From a virus (taxonomy: Duplodnaviria; Caudoviricetes), in the IMG/VR virus record IMGVR_UViG_3300035680_000075, positions 1 through 27,418 of that record: a stretch of 27,418 nt of DNA, one strand, 5' to 3'. The number at the start of each line of letters is the position of its first letter. Within the stretch, counting starts at the first letter, position 1. The notes under the pieces are model-generated. The model saw only the letters and a program-made list of their open reading frames with translations. It ran no database searches and was not told the origin of the DNA. Shown one piece after another: positions 15,939 through 24,581 of this stretch. Both the position numbers and the translations under genes were made by a program.

Positions 15939-18497
15939 TCAAATAGGGATCCATACGCACCGCTGGCGGATTTGAGATCCAAAGGCCATCACTCCCATTC
16001 TCTTTGCCCCGGTCACTCGTTCAAGTTGGTGCTTCCATTTTGAAGCACCCCATGCGGTTGCGCTGAATATCTGCTCTAATGCTGGATGATTATTAGCGAC
16101 ATAGATTCCCCGGCTCTCCGGGCAAAACCTAATCCCATGCCGCTGCAATGCGTCCATTCTATCCTTGCGGCGCATCATTGTCCCGGCATCATCATCTGAT
16201 AAGGGATCGCTTTGGATATCTGCGATGACTTCGGAAATGGTCCTAGCGTAATTGACCGCTGCCACATCAAATCGAATCGTGCTTGCAGCAAGATGCGCGA
16301 GGCATTGGTTTTCGTCATTATCAACATCTTCGGACTTAAAGCCTGACCAATCTTGCCGCTGCATAAATTCCAAGGCAATTGCATCGCTCACGACTTTGCT
16401 GGTTGTCAGGGAATAGGCTCCGGCTAATAGCGCACCAATCTGATCCGCTGATCGCTTGTCCCCGGTAAAATCAACTGCAACTCTAGCGAATATCTCACAA
16501 TTCTCCCGGATGATCTTTGCGTTCTTGATGCACCGGGCGCGAAATTTGCTGCAATACCTATCATTTGAGACAGTAGATTTCCAAGTTGCTACCACTTTAT
16601 CGAAATGCTCCGCAGCGTTGCGCCCAAGATTTTTGCGAAGCTGAAGGATCGAAATGCGGCTAACATCTGATTTTTTAACCGCTGCCACTCCGATTGAGGC
16701 GAAGAGAAAGGCTGATCGGATCAAATAGGTGACGGATCCTCCCTGTGCCGTGCCTTTGACGATTCCGGCTCCAGTCTCGGTAGATGATTGCCGGGCAAGA
16801 GTTAGGATCGATTCAAATCGGGCTTGTGAAGATTTGTCCTCCGACTCGGCTTCATCGAAGACTACCGGGAGGGAATCGCTGCCAAGCATCCCACGGATTC
16901 CAGCCTCGGAAGTGGCTCCCTGAACATGAAGGGCTGCATCGCCAACGAGCGCCTGAATAATATTGGAGACAATCCACGATTTGCCGGATCCGCTCGGCCC
17001 GGTCACCCATAGATGCGGTCTCCATCGCAAGGCTCCACCAATGGGCGCAAGGGCAAGCCAACCAGCGAGCAGCTTCCCATACAGCGGGCGCTCCCAAGAA
17101 AGCATCTCGCAAAGGTCAATCAGCTTTGCGGACTCGGCGTTGCTGGCTACCTCTTCCGTCTCGGTATCGATCCGCAATGCTCCATGATAAATCGCCCGGC
17201 GCGATGAATTGTATTTAGGAATTGCCACCGATGCTCCGTTGATAATCAGGCGATCCCCGGCATGATAGACGACATCCTCTCCATCGATCCAGCATCCCCG
17301 GCCTCGGATCCTCCGGGAGTCAAACATTGGCATTGATTGTGACCGCTGGATCAAGGCGTTGATCGCGGCATCCCAATTCGTCCCTTGGCTATTCCCCGGA
17401 AATACAATCTCCCAAGATTGAAGCGGGGCAAGGCGCATTAGGTTGTTCTTGCTATGAGCGGAGGCAGCAAGGCTCACGATTTGCTGCGATTTATCCGGCA
17501 TATAATAGAAAAGCTCCCCATCCGCCCCTAGCAAGCGGAAAGGAAGATCGGCAATCCTGTCCGGCTGAATCGGGTCAGATTCTGGATCCGGATCCCGGGC
17601 GATTGATGTCCTGCTCTCGGCATGGTCTATCAGTTGGCGAATCTGATCCGGGTCTGCATCGGCTGCATCCCACCCGGTCTCGGCATCAATAGGCGGCACG
17701 ATCATGCTAATTGACGCACAGATCGATTCTAGGCGCTTTGCGATGGACTCGGCTGCAATCATCCCGGGCGAGTCGTTGTCAGGCCAAATAACGCAAGCTC
17801 TACCACGCAGCGGCTCCCAATCGGTCTTACCATGAGCCGATGATCCGCCGGACCAAGTGGTCGCATTCCAGCCCGCAGCGATCAAGGCGGAGGCTGCTTT
17901 CTCTCCCTCCGCGATGATGATCGGGTCTTGATTCCTGATGATTTCCGGCAGATTGAATAGCGGGCGAGGCTCCGCCATTGCCTTCCATTTCCACCCTGTT
18001 GCGCCTGATGTCGATTTGCACCATGTCAGCGGCAAAACCTCTTTTCCGGTTGGATTGTCGAACCGGGCGATATATCCGCGAATCTCCTTATCCTTGCCCA
18101 AATATTCCCATACCGCTGCGGGGCTTCTGCCCTTATGCATCAGCACAAACTGATTCGCTGGCTCGGGAGCGAATGGCATTGCAACCCATGTGTCGGATTT
18201 CGATGGCGTAGGGGTTGGGGCGGATCCGATTTTCCCCGCTAACCAATCAGCAGCGGATTTGATGTCGGTGTTTCTAGCGAGCTGGATCAGGCGAAGAATC
18301 CCACCCTTCTCCCCGGTTGCAAAATCTGCCCACATCCCGGTCTGGACATTGATGGACATCGAATCTCCGGGTTCTCCGGATAGGGATCCGACCTTAAATT
18401 CCCTCCCTGATTTCTTCCCTGCCGGGAATAGCTCCCGGCAGATTGATTCAATATATGGTAAAGCCTTTTGATTTAGTTCGCTGAAGTCATGGTTCAT
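15939..18497 (-). CDS. DNA primase-helicase (Toprim + P-loop ATPase)
   Basis: IIIAEGEKAA, WPDNDSPG, GWDAAD Toprim motifs; Walker A GPSGSGKS and Walker B VVFDEAE. Confidence 0.85.
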   Translation of the reverse strand: MNHDFSELNQKALPYIESICRELFPAGKKSGREFKVGSLSGEPGDSMSINVQTGMWADFATGEKGGILRLIQLARNTDIKSAADWLAGKIGSAPTPTPSKSDTWVAMPFAPEPANQFVLMHKGRSPAAVWEYLGKDKEIRGYIARFDNPTGKEVLPLTWCKSTSGATGWKWKAMAEPRPLFNLPEIIRNQDPIIIAEGEKAASALIAAGWNATTWSGGSSAHGKTDWEPLRGRACVIWPDNDSPGMIAAESIAKRLESICASISMIVPPIDAETGWDAADADPDQIRQLIDHAESRTSIARDPDPESDPIQPDRIADLPFRLLGADGELFYYMPDKSQQIVSLAASAHSKNNLMRLAPLQSWEIVFPGNSQGTNWDAAINALIQRSQSMPMFDSRRIRGRGCWIDGEDVVYHAGDRLIINGASVAIPKYNSSRRAIYHGALRIDTETEEVASNAESAKLIDLCEMLSWERPLYGKLLAGWLALAPIGGALRWRPHLWVTGPSGSGKSWIVSNIIQALVGDAALHVQGATSEAGIRGMLGSDSLPVVFDEAESEDKSSQARFESILTLARQSSTETGAGIVKGTAQGGSVTYLIRSAFLFASIGVAAVKKSDVSRISILQLRKNLGRNAAEHFDKVVATWKSTVSNDRYCSKFRARCIKNAKIIRENCEIFARVAVDFTGDKRSADQIGALLAGAYSLTTSKVVSDAIALEFMQRQDWSGFKSEDVDNDENQCLAHLAASTIRFDVAAVNYARTISEVIADIQSDPLSDDDAGTMMRRKDRMDALQRHGIRFCPESRGIYVANNHPALEQIFSATAWGASKWKHQLERVTGAKRMGVMAFGSQIRQRCVWIPI

Positions 18498-18778
18498 AAA
18501 ATTTTAGCTTGGTTCGCTGCTTTGTAAATCGCCCGCAATTGATCCAGCGGGAGGGATGAAAATGCTGACAGAATTTCTTGCCTTTCGTCAAGAGTATCGA
18601 TGATTGTGCAGAAATATCTGCAATTTTCCATTTTCTTTGTCTTTAATTTGATGCCGTAGCGTTTGGCGCTCGCCATCGCAGATGCCTTTGCAGGGGCATC
18701 TGCAATGAACGAGTCGCCTATACATGAATCGGAAAAAAATTCCTTCCAATTGACCCGGTTAGAAAGGGACATTTTCAT
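18494..18778 (-). CDS. Hypothetical protein
   Basis: 94-aa ORF whose stop overlaps the primase start (ATGA). Confidence 0.6.
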   Translation of the reverse strand: MKMSLSNRVNWKEFFSDSCIGDSFIADAPAKASAMASAKRYGIKLKTKKMENCRYFCTIIDTLDERQEILSAFSSLPLDQLRAIYKAANQAKIL

Positions 18779-19049
18779 TCTCTCCGGATTGAATGATTGT
18801 CGGCTGCGTTGGCGGCATCGCTGGCTTTTGGCCTACGATTTTCCCATTGCCAAGGATCGGACCCTTCTCTCCGGACTCCCGGCGAGCTTGGCCGAGATCC
18901 TGAACGACCATGTAGTGATTTCCAAATCTGTCCTCTCCATCACGATTTCCTAAAAGCGTAATATCAATATATTTACCTTTTTCTCCGTGATGGATTGCGG
19001 ATTTGTCGATCTTTGTGACATCGATTTTTACTCTAATTATGTTGTTCAT
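18759..19049 (-). CDS. Putative single-stranded DNA-binding protein
   Basis: IDVTKIDK...GKYIDI...PILGNGK core, then a Pro/Gln linker and an acidic-aromatic tail (ENENVPF) as in SSBs. Confidence 0.55.
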   Translation of the reverse strand: MNNIIRVKIDVTKIDKSAIHHGEKGKYIDITLLGNRDGEDRFGNHYMVVQDLGQARRESGEKGPILGNGKIVGQKPAMPPTQPTIIQSGENENVPF

Positions 19050-19052
19050 TTT

Positions 19053-19406
19053 TTATTTTGTTTGTTTGGGGGAGATTATCTTTTCGGCATCATCAACCGT
19101 CCGGGCAATCCCGGCACGACCACCTGCCTTATTTACTGCATCCTGCCAAGCAATTTGATCCGGCCTTGGCTTGCCGGATGAGGATTTTACTTCAATGCTT
19201 ACGAATTGAGCAATCGTTTCCCCGATGTCTGTTTCTGTTATTTTCCTAGAAACCCATCCAATTAGATCGGCTGATCCCTTCGCTAATCCATATCGAATCA
19301 AGCGCCCCTTGCTATCCCGGGTCGCTCCGACATTGTTGCGGAACAATCGGACCGGACCATTTCCGACTTGCTGCCGGATCAGGGATTGAGCGTCTGATTC
19401 CGTCAC
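19053..19406 (-). CDS. VRR-NUC family nuclease (resolvase-like)
   Basis: TES..Q..I, LFRNNVG, GSADLIG, FVSIEVK, Q..W...V...GG.AGIAR. Confidence 0.85.
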   Translation of the reverse strand: MTESDAQSLIRQQVGNGPVRLFRNNVGATRDSKGRLIRYGLAKGSADLIGWVSRKITETDIGETIAQFVSIEVKSSSGKPRPDQIAWQDAVNKAGGRAGIARTVDDAEKIISPKQTK

Positions 19407-19600
19407 TTTAGGCTCCTTATTTCAGATTCAATCTTGTCCATCTTTGAGGAAAGCGTGGCAATCATTGATTCGATTCTTCCGTCCTGATCGACCGCAACCT
19501 CTCGCCATTTGTCAGCCTCGGATTTCCAATGCTTCGCCTCGGCTTGAGCCTTGTTCTTTTCCTCAATTATTCGCTGGAAGCAATCTTCAATGTTATTCAT
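19403..19600 (-). CDS. Hypothetical coiled-coil protein
   Basis: 65 aa, overlapping start/stop junctions on both sides. Confidence 0.55.
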   Translation of the reverse strand: MNNIEDCFQRIIEEKNKAQAEAKHWKSEADKWREVAVDQDGRIESMIATLSSKMDKIESEIRSLK

Positions 19601-19788
19601 GCAGGATTTTTGTTTTCCATCTTCGGCTCGTCGATAGATGGCGGTTGGATATTATTAAGTGGGATTTGATTCTTTTGATTTTCGGGCTTTTTAAAAATCA
19701 AATCATAATTTTGACGATATTTAGAAAGGGCAATTGGCCTAGGCATATCTCCCTTCCCTGCTTGGTTATTATTTTCGCTTGGATACAT
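19597..19788 (-). CDS. Small conserved phage protein
   Basis: GKGDMPRP...YRQNYDLIF motif recurrent in small phage proteins; ATAATATG start context. Confidence 0.55.
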   Translation of the reverse strand: MYPSENNNQAGKGDMPRPIALSKYRQNYDLIFKKPENQKNQIPLNNIQPPSIDEPKMENKNPA

Positions 19789-19798
19789 ATTATATTTT

Positions 19799-20050
19799 TT
19801 AGTTATAATTCTCTTCCTTAAACATTTTGTTCAGCTTCGCTATGGCATTGCCTGAATGAATTACATTTATATCATTGTGCAATTCAATAAGTAAGCCTTT
19901 ATATTCGTCACGCTCTCGCTCAATCCGATCTATCTTTCCGAGCAAGGCACATTCTCGCTCGGCTGACATTCCAAGTAGCCTAGACTGATCTAGGCATTCT
20001 TGGCATTCGATGTCGGCGCTCTCCGACTTTGTATCTGTGTCGGCGTTCAC
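19799..20050 (-). CDS. Hypothetical protein
   Basis: 83 aa with CxxC; in operon. Confidence 0.55.
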   Translation of the reverse strand: MNADTDTKSESADIECQECLDQSRLLGMSAERECALLGKIDRIERERDEYKGLLIELHNDINVIHSGNAIAKLNKMFKEENYN

Positions 20051-20325
20051 CTTCTAAATTCTTTCTTGTTGGATTCGATATAGTCCAATGCTGCATCCAG
20101 CGAGGCGTTAATTTTCTCTATCTGCTCCGTAAGCTGCTTATTCCTTACTTCCAATGAATAAGCCTGATCCTGCCAGCGCCTCATTGTTTTACACAGTTGA
20201 GTTATGCTGATATGCTCCGATGCGAGCATCCCGCAAGACGAGCATTCATAATCAGTTTCTTTTGGATGCGTCTGCTTGCAAGTAGAGCATTCCCAATCAT
20301 CGCTATCTTCTAGTTCTTGGTTCAT
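20047..20325 (-). CDS. Zn-ribbon + coiled-coil protein
   Basis: Start ATG 20325 overlapping the helicase stop; WECSTC...YECSSCG. Confidence 0.6.
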   Translation of the reverse strand: MNQELEDSDDWECSTCKQTHPKETDYECSSCGMLASEHISITQLCKTMRRWQDQAYSLEVRNKQLTEQIEKINASLDAALDYIESNKKEFRR

Positions 20326-21785
20326 ATGTTTTTTGTTTTCTGGTTTCGGGCAGACCAAGTATGCTTGGCCCACCCATAAGGATTTTTGTATCCTCTTCTT
20401 TTGCCTAGCGCAACTAATTCGTCAAGAGTTTGCGCCCGGCCTTGCTCCTTTTTCCTAGCCCTGACTGGATCATGAATCATCCCGCACTTCGGGCATGAAG
20501 CATCCCATCGGGAATGAACATGATTGCAGCCTCGGCATTGCTGAAATCTCGTATCCAAGGCGACTAGATCCCCGCCGACTACTTCAATCTGCCGTCCGTC
20601 CGTGACATATTCGTTGCCGCATTCCGGGCATGATGCCGCCCAAGGATGGCAAGCAAAGCACTCCGGGCATTGCCGGGTCTTTATCTTGTCCCCGTCCTTG
20701 GCTTTCTTTTTTCTCTTCTCCGCTCCATCTAGGGACCAATCCCGGATATCCTCCGCCAAACCGTGCCTAGCAAGATTGCCAGCATGGTCTAGTATAATTG
20801 CTCGGCTTTTCCCGGGGGATGGACGAAGCGCCCGGCCTAGCTGCTGAAGATGTAGCCCCAAGGATTGAGTGGGGCGGAGCAAAATAGCAGCCGCTACGAT
20901 TGGAAGATCGAATCCCTCGTTCACGATTTCGCAGCTCGTCAGCACCTGAAGCCTCCCATTGCCTAGCGAGCGAACCCTGTCCCGCCTGTCCTCCGCCGAT
21001 AAAGTTCCATCGATGGTATCGGATCGGAATCCAGCCCGGCGGAATTCCTCCGCAACATGATTTGCGTGATTGATGGAAACGCAAAAGGCAATGGCTGGAG
21101 TCCCCGGGCATATCCTCCGGTAATGATCGACGGCATCCCCGGTAATTTTCGGGGCATCCATGATGGATTCCAGCCCTTTCTGGTCATAATCTCCCCGGCG
21201 AAGCTGGACGGATGCCATATCAATATCCCCGGGCGGGGCATAATAGACCGGAGCGGATAAATATCCATCCCGGATCAGGTCCCGGACTTCCGGACCTCGG
21301 ATCAAGTCATTAAAGACATCCGATAACCCTTTGCCATCTAGCCTCTCCGGAGTTGCCGTGACTCCCAAGATCCGGGCCGCAGCGAATTGCTCAACCACTT
21401 TGCGCCATGATCCGGCAATTGCGTGGTGGGCTTCATCAATCACGATAAGATCCGGATCCATGACCCGATCAATCCGGCGGATTAGCGTCTGAACCGATGC
21501 CACTTGTATAAGCTCGGATCCATCCGATGTCCGCCCCGCTGCAATGATGCCATGAGGAACCCCGAAAGCGGTTAGCGTCCGGCTCGTCTGATCTAGCAAC
21601 TCCGCCCGATGAACGAGAATCATTGTGCGCTTCCGATTCTCCCGGGCTTGCTGCGCTATATGGCAGAACATCACGGTCTTTCCGGATCCGGTTGGGGCGA
21701 CAACCAAAACTCGCTGGTTGCCGCCCCGATAGCTGGATCTGACCGCATCTATCAGGCTAGATTGATATGGTCGGAGCGATATCAT
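20322..21785 (-). CDS. SF2 DEAH helicase (SSL2/RadD-like) with C-terminal Zn ribbons
   Basis: LRPYQ, APTGSGKT, IDEAHH, TATPER, EGFDLP, QQLGRALR; CxxC pairs; RGYK.PYGWA tail. Confidence 0.92.
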   Translation of the reverse strand: MISLRPYQSSLIDAVRSSYRGGNQRVLVVAPTGSGKTVMFCHIAQQARENRKRTMILVHRAELLDQTSRTLTAFGVPHGIIAAGRTSDGSELIQVASVQTLIRRIDRVMDPDLIVIDEAHHAIAGSWRKVVEQFAAARILGVTATPERLDGKGLSDVFNDLIRGPEVRDLIRDGYLSAPVYYAPPGDIDMASVQLRRGDYDQKGLESIMDAPKITGDAVDHYRRICPGTPAIAFCVSINHANHVAEEFRRAGFRSDTIDGTLSAEDRRDRVRSLGNGRLQVLTSCEIVNEGFDLPIVAAAILLRPTQSLGLHLQQLGRALRPSPGKSRAIILDHAGNLARHGLAEDIRDWSLDGAEKRKKKAKDGDKIKTRQCPECFACHPWAASCPECGNEYVTDGRQIEVVGGDLVALDTRFQQCRGCNHVHSRWDASCPKCGMIHDPVRARKKEQGRAQTLDELVALGKRRGYKNPYGWAKHTWSARNQKTKNI

Positions 21786-22039
21786 ATCCCGGCGCGGTTC
21801 ATCACATCGTATCCAATATCCGTCTTAACCCATCGGGAGGCTCCGTCATAGCAAACCCTTTCAATCAAGCCCTTGCGGGCAAGCGTATTGAGCCGGGTTG
21901 CCATTGTATGCCGGGCGGATCCAACCGCATCGGCAATCTCTCCGGATGTCTGTCCATTTACAATTACGAACGCAGCGCATTCCCGGATTCCAATTCCGGC
22001 CTTGGCTAGTTCTATCAGCGTTTCTTTTATATTTTCCAT
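21782..22039 (-). CDS. Winged-helix DNA-binding protein
   Basis: TSGEIADAVGSARHTMATRLNTLARKGLIER. Confidence 0.7.
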   Translation of the reverse strand: MENIKETLIELAKAGIGIRECAAFVIVNGQTSGEIADAVGSARHTMATRLNTLARKGLIERVCYDGASRWVKTDIGYDVMNRAGI

Positions 22040-22127
22040 GCTTTGCTTTCTTTCTTTTTGTTTAGCGCCCGGATTAGGGCAATCGTGATAATCGGATCCC
22101 GCCCGATGATTAAGGGGCGTTTAATCT

Positions 22128-22535
22128 TCATCCTAATTCCTCCATGATGTCCGCTGCACTAGGCATCGGCTTTGATTCTCCCGAAGCGATCCGAAGTCCG
22201 GTGCAAGTCTCCCCGGCTCGTCCGCCCGGCTTCCGGACTCCATCCTGAACGAATAGCGTTACGGTCTTGCCAATCCATTGCTTCGTATCAGCGCCGAATT
22301 GCCGAGATAGTGATTTCCGATTGGTAGCATTCAGGATCATCTGCTTTTGGATTTTCTCAAACCCTACCGCAAACAACAGCTTCTCTTTGCGCCCGCCATC
22401 CATCGGCACATCCTCATGCTTATAAACCCCGGCGATGACGACTTGCTGCGGGCTGATCCCAAGCAAATCTTCACTTGCCAACCAAGGGCTTGTCTTCATG
22501 CCGCTTACTTTTCCGGTATATGTTTCTGTCTTCAT
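22128..22535 (-). CDS. Recombination-associated protein (possible ssDNA-binding/annealing)
   Basis: WLASEDL...MILNATNRKSL..FG.DT..WIGKTVTL motif; directly downstream of the exonuclease. Confidence 0.5.
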   Translation of the reverse strand: MKTETYTGKVSGMKTSPWLASEDLLGISPQQVVIAGVYKHEDVPMDGGRKEKLLFAVGFEKIQKQMILNATNRKSLSRQFGADTKQWIGKTVTLFVQDGVRKPGGRAGETCTGLRIASGESKPMPSAADIMEELG

Positions 22536-22547
22536 TTTTATTATATG

Positions 22548-23324
22548 TTAGTTCTCTTGCTCTAGCTCCCATTCAGGAAGATTTATAGTTTGCATTCCGT
22601 CTGAATATCCCGGCCAAATATCTTTAGCCACGCATTCAGCGTAGGTTGCGAGATTGCGCCGATATGCTTCCAATCCGGCAATCAGGGAATCGTATCCAAT
22701 GATGTTGCAGCTTACGAGATATGGGGCTTCCGTCTCGACCGCTATAAATACCATCGGGCGATTCTCCATCCCTCCCATGCCGTCACCATAGAATGCGGCT
22801 TGAACATGGTATCTGTATTTAGCCACCGACCGCTCAAATCCCGGCCCGGCATCCCGGGCAGTCTTCAAATCGATCAGCATCCCATTATCTAGGACCGCAT
22901 CCGGGCGGCAGCGACAATCAACCCCGGTCTCCGGATCCTTCCAGAATGTCGAAACCTCAACATCGGTGATGCGATCCATGAGCTTTCGCGCCATTGGATG
23001 AGCAAATACGGAATCCCGGATCGCCATGATTCTAGTATGCTCTTCGCTAGTCAATAGCTCATGCTCCGGATAATCAACTTGGAATTGCTCCCATGCTTCC
23101 TTCCCGGCTTTGGTGCGACGATCCATCGAAGGCATCACAACGCATTCAGATGCGAAGCGATCCGGCTCAAGGACTGCTAGATGAGTCAAGGTTCCGATCC
23201 GCATCGCTGGAGTTGGATCCGATGGATTATCTTTAGCCCACTTATAATGAGCGGGGCTGCGGTTGATAAGATCAAGGCCCGATTTAGAAATCCCGGGCAT
23301 GGCGTGGTATTCATTATTGTTCAT
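22548..23324 (-). CDS. PD-(D/E)XK exonuclease (exonuclease VIII / DUF3799-like)
   Basis: YHA..GISKSGL...SPAHY, GTLTH..VLEP, CRCRPD...IDLKT, YHVQAAFY, FIAVE. Confidence 0.9.
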   Translation of the reverse strand: MNNNEYHAMPGISKSGLDLINRSPAHYKWAKDNPSDPTPAMRIGTLTHLAVLEPDRFASECVVMPSMDRRTKAGKEAWEQFQVDYPEHELLTSEEHTRIMAIRDSVFAHPMARKLMDRITDVEVSTFWKDPETGVDCRCRPDAVLDNGMLIDLKTARDAGPGFERSVAKYRYHVQAAFYGDGMGGMENRPMVFIAVETEAPYLVSCNIIGYDSLIAGLEAYRRNLATYAECVAKDIWPGYSDGMQTINLPEWELEQEN

Positions 23325-23514
23325 ATTTATTGTAGGGATAAAAACTGTCGTGGTCTATTTCTTCATCCTCCGGAGAGAATTCACATTCCGAACATCCGAT
23401 CCAAGGCGGAGTCCCCGGTTCCCAACGGGATCCAGAATCACCTAGATCCCATTCGATCCTCCCTCCGCATTTCGGACAGGGATCATTTTTCTTCAGCTTT
23501 ATTTCTTTTTTCAT
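23314..23514 (-). CDS. Small Zn-binding protein
   Basis: CPKCGG...CSEC with an acidic tail. Confidence 0.5.
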   Translation of the reverse strand: MKKEIKLKKNDPCPKCGGRIEWDLGDSGSRWEPGTPPWIGCSECEFSPEDEEIDHDSFYPYNKYEQ

Positions 23515-23713
23515 TTTTCCTGTGTTGTCGAATTAGCTTTGCGAATTCTGCGCGGTCAATCTTTATAGGTTGGTAGTCGAAATCCGAAAGATGAACTGTG
23601 ACTTGCTTGGCATAGCGCCCGCCGCATGAACATATCGATTGATATCTCCCGGATGCGTTCTTTCCGATTTGATAGATGCGCCCCCAAATATTATTCTTAT
23701 TTGATTCGATCAT
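23483..23713 (-). CDS. Hypothetical basic protein
   Basis: 76 aa in the early operon. Confidence 0.5.
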   Translation of the reverse strand: MIESNKNNIWGRIYQIGKNASGRYQSICSCGGRYAKQVTVHLSDFDYQPIKIDRAEFAKLIRQHRKNEKRNKAEEK

Positions 23714-23717
23714 TTGC

Positions 23718-23819
23718 TTAATGGGTTAGGTGGTGAAGCAGAATAGCTGCCCCGACAAATAAGAGTCCAAGGATCCCGGAGATTATCATTCCAAGCCAAA
23801 TTGGTGGTTCCCAATTCAT
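23718..23819 (-). CDS. 33-aa single-TM peptide
   Basis: MNWEPPIWLGMIISGILGLLFVGAAILLHHLTH; ATG 23819 lies 1 nt after the upstream stop. Confidence 0.5.
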   Translation of the reverse strand: MNWEPPIWLGMIISGILGLLFVGAAILLHHLTH

Positions 23820-23820
23820 C

Positions 23821-24027
23821 TTAATAACAAACTTCCACTCCTTTCTGCTCAAGTGCCGTAAGCACCGCATCATCGACAAGCTCTCGCTCGACGCTGGTGA
23901 AGTGAAGCTGCCGGATGGCATCGCTTATGCACTTTACGATATTATAGACCGTGACATCGGTGGTGCGCTCCACCCCGTCTAGGACGGCAAGCGAGAGCTG
24001 GACTGCTTTGGTTTCGTATTTATTCAT
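23821..24027 (-). CDS. Hypothetical protein
   Basis: Start MNKYETK at 24027 avoids overlap with the upstream gene. Confidence 0.55.
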   Translation of the reverse strand: MNKYETKAVQLSLAVLDGVERTTDVTVYNIVKCISDAIRQLHFTSVERELVDDAVLTALEQKGVEVCY

Positions 24028-24031
24028 TGGT

Positions 24032-24244
24032 TCAATTTCTGCTGATTGTGACATAGAATTTCTTTCCGGCGATGCGGATAACAAGCCCGGCATCCCGGGA
24101 TAGGATCCCGGCATCCTCGTAGGTTTCGATCTCCGCTCCGTCATAATCGAATCCGTGCAGGGACTCGCGTCCGGAGGCGATGATGTCTTCCGTGAATTCG
24201 GAAAGCGATTCTGCGATTAAACAAGCTAGGTCTGATTCATTCAT
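24032..24244 (-). CDS. Small acidic conserved protein
   Basis: Start MNESDL at 24244; TYEDAGILSRDAGLVIRI motif. Confidence 0.6.
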   Translation of the reverse strand: MNESDLACLIAESLSEFTEDIIASGRESLHGFDYDGAEIETYEDAGILSRDAGLVIRIAGKKFYVTISRN

Positions 24245-24269
24245 GGTGTTATTTTTGGTTCGGTTAGAT

Positions 24270-24288
24270 CCGGGGGATGGAACCCCGG
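24270..24288 (-). repeat. Intergenic hairpin, copy 2 (6-bp stem, TTCCATC loop)
   Basis: Minus strand CCGGGG-TTCCATC-CCCCGG. Confidence 0.8.
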
Positions 24289-24296
24289 GAGATTGG

Positions 24297-24524
24297 TTAG
24301 ATAAATAGCTTGGAGTGCATCCGGACGATCCAAGGTGCGCCCGGCTTCCCCTTGCGAAGAGCAACGAATACCCTCGTCTGATTTTCTCCGTGCAATGCGC
24401 GAATCGTCCCGGATTCTAGGTCAGCCTCAATCGTGAAGCATTCTGAATCTTTAAGCGACTGGAGCATCTTCAGCACTTCCTTGTTGGGGATTAGGGATGC
24501 GATGGAATTCTTGGTAGTTGTCAT
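24297..24524 (-). CDS. Early hypothetical protein
   Basis: 75 aa, preceded by an AACC-rich leader. Confidence 0.6.
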   Translation of the reverse strand: MTTTKNSIASLIPNKEVLKMLQSLKDSECFTIEADLESGTIRALHGENQTRVFVALRKGKPGAPWIVRMHSKLFI

Positions 24525-24554
24525 GGTTGGTTCTGGTTGGTTCTGGTTGGTTGT
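24525..24554 (-). repeat. 10-nt tandem repeat leader (AGAACCAACC, 3 copies, one imperfect) abutting ATG
   Basis: Plus strand ggttggttct ggttggttct ggttggttgt. Confidence 0.85.
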
Positions 24555-24573
24555 GCCGGGGATGGAACCCGGC
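24555..24573 (-). repeat. Intergenic hairpin, copy 1 (6-bp stem, TTCCATC loop)
   Basis: Minus strand GCCGGG-TTCCATC-CCCGGC. Confidence 0.8.
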
Positions 24574-24581
24574 GGGGTTGG

